Shown: positions 55,753 to 64,000 of the stretch, one piece after another
Layout: each line of letters starts with the position of its first letter
Numbering within the stretch: position 1 is the first letter of the stretch
NCBI GenBank assembly: GCA_048498075.1
Contig: JBEHYR010000007.1
Coordinates: 39,949-103,948, forward strand
From: Verrucomicrobiota bacterium
GTDB taxonomy: Bacteria; Verrucomicrobiota; Verrucomicrobiia; Opitutales; Opitutaceae
Direction of reading: 5' to 3'
Length of the DNA: 64,000 bases
Notes under the pieces: model-generated
The model's input: the letters and a program-made list of their open reading frames with translations, nothing else
The model's database searches: none
Told to the model about the DNA's origin: nothing
Position numbers and translations under genes: made by a program

Positions 55753-56772
55753 TCAGCCGCCCCGCAGCGCCACCGCCATGTCCTTCGCGAAATACGTCAG
55801 GATCATGTCCGCTCCCGCGCGCTTGATCGCCAGCAACGACTCGTGCCGCGTCCGCTCCAGATCGAGCCAGCCCATCCTCGCCGCCGCGTGCAGTTGCGCG
55901 TATTCTCCGGAAACCTGATACGCCGCGATCGGCTTCTTCGACGCGTTGCGCACATCCCGGATGATGTCGAGATACGGCCCCGCCGGTTTCACCATCACGA
56001 TGTCCGCGCCCTCGAGTGTATCGAGCGTCACTTCGCCGAAGATCGAACGCCGGTTCGCCGGATCGAGCTGATACGTCGCCTTGCTCAGCAAATGCGTCCC
56101 CGCGGCCGACGCGCTGCCCACCGCATCGCGAAACGGCCCGTAATACGCCGACGCGAACTTCACCGTGTAAGCCATGATGCCCGTCCCGGTGAAGCCCGCG
56201 AGATCGAGCGCCTTCCGAATCGCGCCGATCCGCCCGTCCATCATGTCGCTCGGCGCCACCAGATCGACGCCCGCCCGCGCGTGCAGCACCGCCATCTTGC
56301 AGAGAATCGCGACCGTGCGGTCGTTGTCCACGTCATCGCGCGCCGCGGTCAACACGCCGTCGTGGCCGTGCGTCGTATAGGGATCGAGCGCGATGTCCGT
56401 CATCACCGTCAGCTCGGGCACGGCTTTTTTCACCGCGCGCACCGCCCGCAAAATCAACGCATCCTCATGCAGCGCCGCCGTGCCCTCCTCATCCTTCAGC
56501 TTCGCGTCCAGTTTCGGAAACAGCGCCACCGCCGGCACGCCGAGCTTCGCCAGCGCGCGACACTCCTTCACGAGATCGTTCAAATTGAAGCGCATCACGC
56601 CCGGCATCGATGCGATCGCCTGCGGCGCGCTCTTGCCGTCGATCACGAAAAGCGGCGCGATGAAATCCTGCGGCCGCAGCACCGTGTCCGCCGTCAACGC
56701 GCGCAAGCTCGCCGTCCGGCGCAGCCGGCGCGGACGATGAGTGAGTTCCAGTTTGAAAGGAGATTCAGCCAT
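55753..56772 (-). CDS. hemB: Porphobilinogen synthase (Asp-rich, non-zinc type)
   Basis: RPRRLRR, DIALDPYTTHGHDG, APSDMMDGRI, YGPFRDAV, MVKPA, AYQVSGEY. Confidence 0.97.
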   Translation of the reverse strand: MAESPFKLELTHRPRRLRRTASLRALTADTVLRPQDFIAPLFVIDGKSAPQAIASMPGVMRFNLNDLVKECRALAKLGVPAVALFPKLDAKLKDEEGTAALHEDALILRAVRAVKKAVPELTVMTDIALDPYTTHGHDGVLTAARDDVDNDRTVAILCKMAVLHARAGVDLVAPSDMMDGRIGAIRKALDLAGFTGTGIMAYTVKFASAYYGPFRDAVGSASAAGTHLLSKATYQLDPANRRSIFGEVTLDTLEGADIVMVKPAGPYLDIIRDVRNASKKPIAAYQVSGEYAQLHAAARMGWLDLERTRHESLLAIKRAGADMILTYFAKDMAVALRGG

Positions 56773-56854
56773 GGTGCCGCCACGCTACCACACGCCGCGC
56801 GCCCCGCGCCACCCGTTTCTCCGCGCACCCGTTGCGGTTCTCCGCTCGCCTGAT

Positions 56855-56965
56855 GTCGGGCGGGTTTCCCACCCGCCGTCTGTAATTTTGTGATAACTTT
56901 TCCCTACCCGCTTGTCCCCTCCCTCATTTCCGATCTCTCAACTCTCAGCTCTCAACTCTCAACTC
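56855..56965. repeat. GTCG REP hairpin (56855-56877) and NCTCTCA heptamer run (56934-56965)
   Basis: GTCG-GGCGGGT-TTCCC-ACCCGCC; TCTCTCA ACTCTCA GCTCTCA ACTCTCA ACTC. Confidence 0.75.
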
Positions 56966-56968
56966 CTC

Positions 56969-59005
56969 CTATTCATCCGCCAACGCCCGCGCTCCCGTCC
57001 CATGACACTCTGGACATTCCTTCGTGATGAGGATCCGTCCACCTGTGCACTCGCGACACGCCTCGCGTCCATGCGAACACGCCGTGCAGTCCTTCTTGAT
57101 CACGCTGCCCCTTCCTTTCCCCGTCCCGCCGCACGCCGAACACGCCACGGCTTTTCCGTCCTGCTCCATCGTCCCCGAGCCTCCGCACGTCGTGCACGGT
57201 GGCGTGCCCGGCACCAAATTATATCCGCGCCCATCGCACACATGACACAGCACCGTGCCTTTTCCGCCGCACGTCGCACACGGGATCGAACTCTGGATTC
57301 TTCCGCTTCCTCCACACGCCTCGCACGGATGCGCCGTCGTCAATTCCTTCCGCCGACTCACCACCGTCGCATCGCGGCTGCCCGATTGCGCATACAACCG
57401 CGCCGCCTGCGCGAAATTCCCCTTCCGGTCGAAATAGCGCGCCAGCTCCATTTTTAACGTCGCCATTCCCGCCGTCCCGATGCGCGTATCCTCGAACCCC
57501 GCCGGCGCCGCCACCGTCTCCTGCTCGATCATCGCCTGCACCCGCTTCGCCACGCGCTCCGGCGCCTCTTTCATCAACTCGATCAGGAGCGCGACCGCCT
57601 TCTCCCGCTCGCCCGCCGCATATGCGCGACACGCCCAGTCGCCCGCCGCTTCCAAATCCGCCGGCGCGCCCGCGCCCCGGCGCTCGCATCGCGCCATCTC
57701 CAGCATCGCCTCTGCCGATCCCTTATCCGTCGCCCGCCGATAATTCGCCCGCGCCTCCGCCGCCGATTTCGCGATCCCCTCCCCTTCCTCGTAGAGCCGC
57801 GCGAGCAACAGCGACGCGAGCGCCGGCGCATCCAGCCGCGTCACGATCCTCCGCAATTCCCCCGCTTCGCGCGCCAAGTCCCGCGGCAGCGCCTCGCGCG
57901 TCATCGCATACAGCGCCACCAACTGTTCCCCCGCGCTCGTTTCGCCATCCGCCGACGCCGCCTCGCTCCACGCCAACGCGCGCGCATATCTTTTTTGCCG
58001 GAAATCCTCCCCCGCCACCGCCGCGCGCGCCTCGCGATCGCCCGCCTTCGCCGCCTCTTCCAAAAACGGATACGCCGCGCCCGCCTGATCCGGGTGCGCT
58101 TTGAAAATCGCTTTCCCATACGCCGCGCGAAACGGCAGCCGCGTCCGCACCTTCGTGCGATCGATCGCCTGCATCTCCGCCGCCGCGGTTTGCCAATCAC
58201 CCGCTCTCGAAGCCGTCTGCGCCTTTCTCCAGCGCGCCAGCGTCGCCGCATCCGGCTGCTCGAAAAAATCCTCCGCCGAAGCCACGGCCGCCCAATCCGC
58301 CAGCACCGGATCGTCCCCCGGCGCCACTGCGCTGAGCAGTTCGAATTTCATCATCGCCTGCGGCGTCACCGCTTCTCCCGCTGCGCCGCTCAGTTCTGCG
58401 CGCAACTTCGCCAGGTCTTCCGCTGCGATATCCGGCTCCGCTTTCTGCAACGCCCGGTAGTTCGCCGGGTTCTCGCGACTCAACGCCAGCAGCGGCCTCG
58501 CGTAGATTTCTCCGCGCCACTTTCCCAATTCGCCCGCCGGCGGAAATTTCACCACCGGCAGCCGCTGCAATTTTTCTCGCGCCGCCTTCACCTCGCCGCG
58601 CGCGCACAACTCGCCGATCTCCGCCTGCAACGCTTCGAACTTCCGCGCGTCCTCCTCTCGATCGACCTTCGCCACGAACGCCTCGAACAGCCGCGCCCGT
58701 TCCCGTGACCACGACCGGATTCCTGCGCTTTTTTCGTCCGCTGCCGCCTCGCGGATTTTCTCCGCCTGCCAGTGCAACATCCGAAACCGCGCCTGATATT
58801 CCAACATCTCCGCCTGCGCCGCGGCCAGCTCCGCCCGAATCGTCCGCACCCCCGCGGCTTGCTCCGCACTGGCTCGTCGCGACCACCATCCGCCTGTCGT
58901 CACCGCCGCCCCGAGCCCGATCACGCCGACGACCAGCGGCAGCCGCGGAATCCGCCAACCCCACGCTTTTGCGCCGCCCGCGCCCGCACCGTTTTCCTGG
59001 GGCAT
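56969..59005 (-). CDS. Membrane-anchored Sel1/TPR-like repeat protein with a C-terminal DnaJ-type zinc-finger region (8 CxxC)
   Basis: N-terminal TM; LARLYEEGEGIAKSAAEARANYRRA Sel1-like repeat; CEACGGSG, CATCGGKG, etc. Confidence 0.75.
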   Translation of the reverse strand: MPQENGAGAGGAKAWGWRIPRLPLVVGVIGLGAAVTTGGWWSRRASAEQAAGVRTIRAELAAAQAEMLEYQARFRMLHWQAEKIREAAADEKSAGIRSWSRERARLFEAFVAKVDREEDARKFEALQAEIGELCARGEVKAAREKLQRLPVVKFPPAGELGKWRGEIYARPLLALSRENPANYRALQKAEPDIAAEDLAKLRAELSGAAGEAVTPQAMMKFELLSAVAPGDDPVLADWAAVASAEDFFEQPDAATLARWRKAQTASRAGDWQTAAAEMQAIDRTKVRTRLPFRAAYGKAIFKAHPDQAGAAYPFLEEAAKAGDREARAAVAGEDFRQKRYARALAWSEAASADGETSAGEQLVALYAMTREALPRDLAREAGELRRIVTRLDAPALASLLLARLYEEGEGIAKSAAEARANYRRATDKGSAEAMLEMARCERRGAGAPADLEAAGDWACRAYAAGEREKAVALLIELMKEAPERVAKRVQAMIEQETVAAPAGFEDTRIGTAGMATLKMELARYFDRKGNFAQAARLYAQSGSRDATVVSRRKELTTAHPCEACGGSGRIQSSIPCATCGGKGTVLCHVCDGRGYNLVPGTPPCTTCGGSGTMEQDGKAVACSACGGTGKGRGSVIKKDCTACSHGREACRECTGGRILITKECPECHGTGARALADE

Positions 59006-59243
59006 GGTTGGGGCGGGACGTTCCATCGCGTTCGACTGTCCTCTATCGGCGCAAACATGCCCGCACTGGAGTCTATCGTCGGTTGCCGCCGCGCCTATTT
59101 CTTTCCGGCCTCTGCAGCAAAAAAATCTGTCCCACCCTCCGCCTCTGCATCCGTGTCATCCGCGGGAAAATCCCGCGCCGCTCGTCCGCAAACAAGCTCG
59201 CCCGTCTCGCGCTTTTTCCCAAAGTTCGCTCCCTTTCCTTTTC

Positions 59244-60626
<1,383 letters not shown>

Positions 60627-60707
60627 TTGGGCTTCATCCTCCACTCTAGACGCGCCCTCGCCGGCCTCGACGCCTGCTCGCGCGTTTTGAAATTTTCCGT
60701 CGCCGAT

Positions 60708-60729
60708 GGAGGAGCCTGCTTGCAGGCGA
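60708..60729 (+). repeat. Single family A REP
   Basis: GGAGGAGCCTGCTTGCAGGCGA. Confidence 0.85.
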
Positions 60730-60908
60730 TTGCCGGATCTTCACCCGCCAATATCGCCTTCCACCAAGCTTCCCCCTTCGACCGCGCCCGGTCGCCGCGC
60801 GCGCCATCCGGGTGATTCTCCAATGCAAAAATTCGTAGCGCGCCCCATGGCCCGCCCCGCGTATTCGCCGCACCGGTCTCTTTTCTGGCGGTCCATGCGC
60901 GTCTTCCT

Positions 60909-61262
60909 ATGCCCACTAAAACTGCCAAAAAAAATGCGCGCCGTGCCGCGCGCTCCGGAAAAAAACCCTCCACCCAGGCCGGCGCTTATGTGCGTGAAGA
61001 GATGCACAAGCTGAAATCCGGCAGCGGCAACGTCCGCTCGCGGAAGCAGGCGGTCGCGATCGGCCTCTCCGAGGCGCGCCGCGAAGGCGTGAAACTCGGC
61101 ACCCCCTCGCGAAAAAAATCCTCCGCCGCCACCCGCAAGAAAGCCCGCCGCGATTCCGCCGTCGGCTCCGGCCGCAAGAAAGTCTCTCCCACGCGTTCGC
61201 GCGGCGCCAAGCAAGCCGCCCGCACGCGCAACCGCCGCTATCGTCGCGCCGCCGCGAAATGA
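60909..61262 (+). CDS. Small basic protein, DUF6496-like
   Basis: VREEMHKLKSG...SRKQAVAIGLSEARREG, Lys/Arg-rich tail. Confidence 0.8.
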   Translation: MPTKTAKKNARRAARSGKKPSTQAGAYVREEMHKLKSGSGNVRSRKQAVAIGLSEARREGVKLGTPSRKKSSAATRKKARRDSAVGSGRKKVSPTRSRGAKQAARTRNRRYRRAAAK

Positions 61263-61269
61263 TCCGCTC

Positions 61270-62223
61270 ATGCTCGCGCGTCCGCTTCGGCCCATCCGCC
61301 GCTCCGCCGCGCGCCCGCGCTCGTCCGCCTCGGTAACCGTGACGTCGCCCCGCGCGCTTCACCGCTTCGGCCTCCTTGCGTGGCTCACGGTGCGCGTCTG
61401 CATCAGCGACAAGATCCCGCGCTTCGGCGCGGCGCTCGCCTTCTACACCACGGTCGCGGTTTCGCCGCTGCTCGTCCTCGCCGTCGCGGTCGCGCAGTTT
61501 TTTTTCAAGGACGACAGCGCGCGCCGCCGCATCCTCGGCGAGATCGACCAACTCGTCGGCTCGTCCGCGACGCAGGCCTTGAACAGCGTGCAATCGCCGC
61601 CCGCCGGCGGCCACTCCGCCACGTTCGCCGCCTGGATCGGCTCCGTCACGCTCATCATCGGCGGCCTCGGCGTTTTCGTGCACTTGCAGGACGCCCTGAA
61701 TTCGATCTGGCGCGCGCCCGCCCACACGAACGAAACCTGGCCGCAGATGATCAAGCGGCGGCTCTTCTCCTTCGGCACCGTGCTCGCGACGGGCTTCGTC
61801 ATGCTCGTGTCGCTCACCTTGAGCGCCGTGATTTCGTGGTTCGGGGAAAACGCGAGCCGTTGGGCCCGCCTTCCTGCCGCCGCGTGGGAAATCGCCAATT
61901 TCACCTTCTCGTTCGCCGTCATCCTGCTGCTCTTCGCCGTGCTCTTCAAACTTCTGCCCGATGTGAAAATCCGCTGGCGCGACGTCTGGACCGGCGCCGC
62001 CGTCACCGCGCTGCTCTTCGTCGCCGGCAAGACGCTCCTCGGCATCTATCTCGCCCACTCGAGCGTCACCTCCGCGTTCGGTGCGGCCGGCTCGGTCATC
62101 GCGCTGCTGCTCTGGTGCTACTACGCCGGCCAGATTCTCTTCATCGGCGCCGAGTTCACCCGCGTGCACGCCCGCACCCACGGCGGCCGCAATCCCCTCC
62201 CGCCCGAATCGCCGCTGCCCTAG
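61270..62223 (+). CDS. YihY/virulence factor BrkB family membrane protein
   Basis: GAALAFYT, LQDALNSIW, FKLLPDVKIRWRDVW, FGAAGSVIALLLWCYY. Confidence 0.92.
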   Translation: MLARPLRPIRRSAARPRSSASVTVTSPRALHRFGLLAWLTVRVCISDKIPRFGAALAFYTTVAVSPLLVLAVAVAQFFFKDDSARRRILGEIDQLVGSSATQALNSVQSPPAGGHSATFAAWIGSVTLIIGGLGVFVHLQDALNSIWRAPAHTNETWPQMIKRRLFSFGTVLATGFVMLVSLTLSAVISWFGENASRWARLPAAAWEIANFTFSFAVILLLFAVLFKLLPDVKIRWRDVWTGAAVTALLFVAGKTLLGIYLAHSSVTSAFGAAGSVIALLLWCYYAGQILFIGAEFTRVHARTHGGRNPLPPESPLP

Positions 62224-62310
62224 CTCCGCCGTGAACGCCGATTTCGCCGCGACGCACTCTTCCGCGTAGCCGCCCCGCTTACGGCGCGGTTCTTCTCATC
62301 CGCTCCGCTC

Positions 62311-62835
62311 ATGTCCACTGCCTTCGACTCGTTGACCGCGAACCTGCTCGGCCTCCACGTGGCGCCGGCAGAACTTCACTTCAGCCACATGGCGTGGCGC
62401 GCTCTCGTCGTCGTCGTGTGGTCGCTCGTGCTGCTCAACCTTTCGCACAAACGTTTCCTCGGGCGAAACTCCGGCAGCGACATCATGCTCGCCGTCCTCC
62501 TCGGCTCCGTCCTGAGCCGCGCCATCAACGGCCAGGCCGCTTTTTTTCCCACGCTCGGCGTCTGCGCCGTGCTCGTCCTGCTGCACCGCGCGCTCATGGC
62601 CGCCGCGTATCGCTGGCACTGGGTTTCGCTCCTCGCGAAAGGCCGCGACTACGTGCTCGTGCGCCGCGGTCAGATCGACTGGCGTGAAATGCGCCGCTCG
62701 AAAATCACCGAGGACGACCTCCTCGAAAATCTCCGCACCAACGGCAATCTCGGCCGCGTCGCCGACGTTCCCGAAGCCCGCCTGGAACGCAGCGGCGAAA
62801 TCAGCGTGGTAAAAAATCCTCCCAACCCCAAGTAG
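62311..62835 (+). CDS. DUF421 (YetF-like) membrane protein
   Basis: KRFLG...DIMLAVLLGSVLSRAING, ITEDDLLENLR, ARLERSGEISV. Confidence 0.88.
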   Translation: MSTAFDSLTANLLGLHVAPAELHFSHMAWRALVVVVWSLVLLNLSHKRFLGRNSGSDIMLAVLLGSVLSRAINGQAAFFPTLGVCAVLVLLHRALMAAAYRWHWVSLLAKGRDYVLVRRGQIDWREMRRSKITEDDLLENLRTNGNLGRVADVPEARLERSGEISVVKNPPNPK

Positions 62836-62848
62836 CCAAAGTAGGGCA

Positions 62849-62927
62849 GTAGGCGGGCTTCAGCCCGCCTTCTTCAAACGAGTCTTCTGCTCCAGCAGAA
62901 ACCCGAGCGGGCTGAAGCCCGCCCCAC
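62849..62927. repeat. Inverted REP doublet (GTAG/GTGG-GGCGGGCTTCAGCCCGC)
   Basis: Arms at 62849-62869 and 62907-62927. Confidence 0.85.
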
Positions 62928-62931
62928 TCCC

Positions 62932-63147
62932 TCACGCCGGCGGCGTCCGCCGCTCGGCCTGATCCGCCTGCCCCTGCGACGCGACACGCGAAGCCGCAGG
63001 ATTCGCTTCCTCCGCCGCCGGTTTTTTATACGTCACGTCGTCGCCCGGCGCCGCACGCCCCACCGCGCGTTTTTTTCCGCCGGCCAGCGCTGCGAGAATC
63101 ACCACGACCACCGCGACCCCGAGAACGAGCAGAAGAATGTAGCCCAT
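62932..63147 (-). CDS. Small single-TM hypothetical protein (71 aa)
   Basis: MGYILLLVLGVAVVVVILAALAGGKKR followed by a polar tail. Confidence 0.6.
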   Translation of the reverse strand: MGYILLLVLGVAVVVVILAALAGGKKRAVGRAAPGDDVTYKKPAAEEANPAASRVASQGQADQAERRTPPA

Positions 63148-63214
63148 GCCGCCAATCTACCCCGCGCCACGCCCGCCGCCATCGGCCAATCACCCGTCCG
63201 AAGCCTAGGTGACA

Positions 63215-63241
63215 GGTGGAGCCCGACGTCCCCGTCGGGCT
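63215..63241 (+). repeat. REP-like hairpin, copy of 55705-55730
   Basis: GGTGGAGCCCGACGTCCCCGTCGGGCT. Confidence 0.8.
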
Positions 63242-63307
63242 GGCTTGAAGAAGAACGTTTCAATCCCGACACAGACACCCGACGCCACCTCGCACTCGCC
63301 CCGCCCA

Positions 63308-64000
63308 CTATTCCGCCGCCGGATAATGCGGCTCGATATCCACCGGCACGCCATCCTTCAATTTTTCCAGCACGCGCGCGACCTCCGGCCGCACCACCAC
63401 CATCTTCGCCAGCAGCGTCTTCGCCGCCGCATAATCGCCATGCGCCTGGATCGTCATGATCTCGTGCACCAGCGACTCCACCGCCGGTTTCACCTTCGCG
63501 AAATCCACCGCGAACGTTCCGTCCGCGCCCACCACGAAGCCGCCGCGGTCCATCAGCCAGTTCAGTTGCAGCGCCATGCCTTTCGCGTGCGCCTCCGTCA
63601 GCCCGAAGCGCAACGTCCGAAACGTCGACGCGAGAAACGTCGTGTAGAGCGCCCGCTCCTGCGCCTTGTCCAGCCCGCCGTGATCCATCAGATATTGCAG
63701 CGCCCACAGCCCCGAGATGTCCGCCTTCGCCTCCTCGAGCGTGCCGTTCAATTCTTTCAACTCGTGCCGCACCGTCGTCGCGCGTCCGCTCACCGTGATC
63801 GTCTGCGGCCCGAGCCCGTGCATCAACTCGTGCATCAGGATGTGCGTGAAGAACGGCTCGAACGCCACTCGCGCCTGATCCTCCTTCGCCAGCGCGCGAC
63901 TCGCGATCGGCACCAGCACCTTTGCAAATTTCGCCTCCTGCACGTTTTTCAACATCACGCGCTTCGACCCTTTCGCCGCCACCACGCGCTCGTCGTTCGG
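63308..64000 (-). CDS. Peptidase M49 (dipeptidyl-peptidase III)-like zinc hydrolase, 5'-truncated by the window edge
   Basis: PNDERV..KGSKRVMLKNVQEAKF, HELMHGLG, LEEAKAD, FRTLRFG. Confidence 0.8.
   Translation of the reverse strand, partial: PNDERVVAAKGSKRVMLKNVQEAKFAKVLVPIASRALAKEDQARVAFEPFFTHILMHELMHGLGPQTITVSGRATTVRHELKELNGTLEEAKADISGLWALQYLMDHGGLDKAQERALYTTFLASTFRTLRFGLTEAHAKGMALQLNWLMDRGGFVVGADGTFAVDFAKVKPAVESLVHEIMTIQAHGDYAAAKTLLAKMVVVRPEVARVLEKLKDGVPVDIEPHYPAAE

Noticed and set aside
59027-59243. T-box leader for cysS (and for leuS)
   Set aside because: No T-box consensus seen; this mechanism is not expected in this lineage

Overview
High-GC bacterial chromosome segment. Gene content and the style of the hypothetical proteins point to Opitutaceae (Verrucomicrobiota); this is an inference, not a database result. 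The window is mostly housekeeping genes (metK, ahcY, opgG/opgH, udg, ribE, leuS, lpxI, dus, sufT, sppA, fabV, pyrD, hemB, cysS). It also holds a carbohydrate-utilisation operon (0-6.9 kb), a phosphorelay operon built around a lone GspE/PilB ATPase (9.8-13.6 kb), a polysaccharide export operon led by a giant FecR-like Gly/Ser-rich protein (25.5-32.7 kb), an exosortase locus (44-47.5 kb) and a small accessory island (40-42.7 kb). I found no rRNA, tRNA, CRISPR array, prophage or transposase. The most striking unannotated layer is a dense set of short palindromic repeats: at least nine REP-like hairpin families led by GTAG/GGAG/GTGG/GTCG, a 143-bp TIR MITE that supplies the opgH stop codon, a 96-bp element present twice, and inverted heptamer arrays. 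Three repeats lie in frame inside protein-coding genes, and one cluster abuts a truncated dtd remnant. Protein-level oddities include a DapF homologue with both catalytic Cys replaced by Ser, an active/inactive HtrA pair, a family-4 UDG missing Fe-S ligands, an 8x CxxC Sel1-like protein and a His/Cys-rich 92-aa peptide. All family assignments come from motif recognition by eye; no searches were run.
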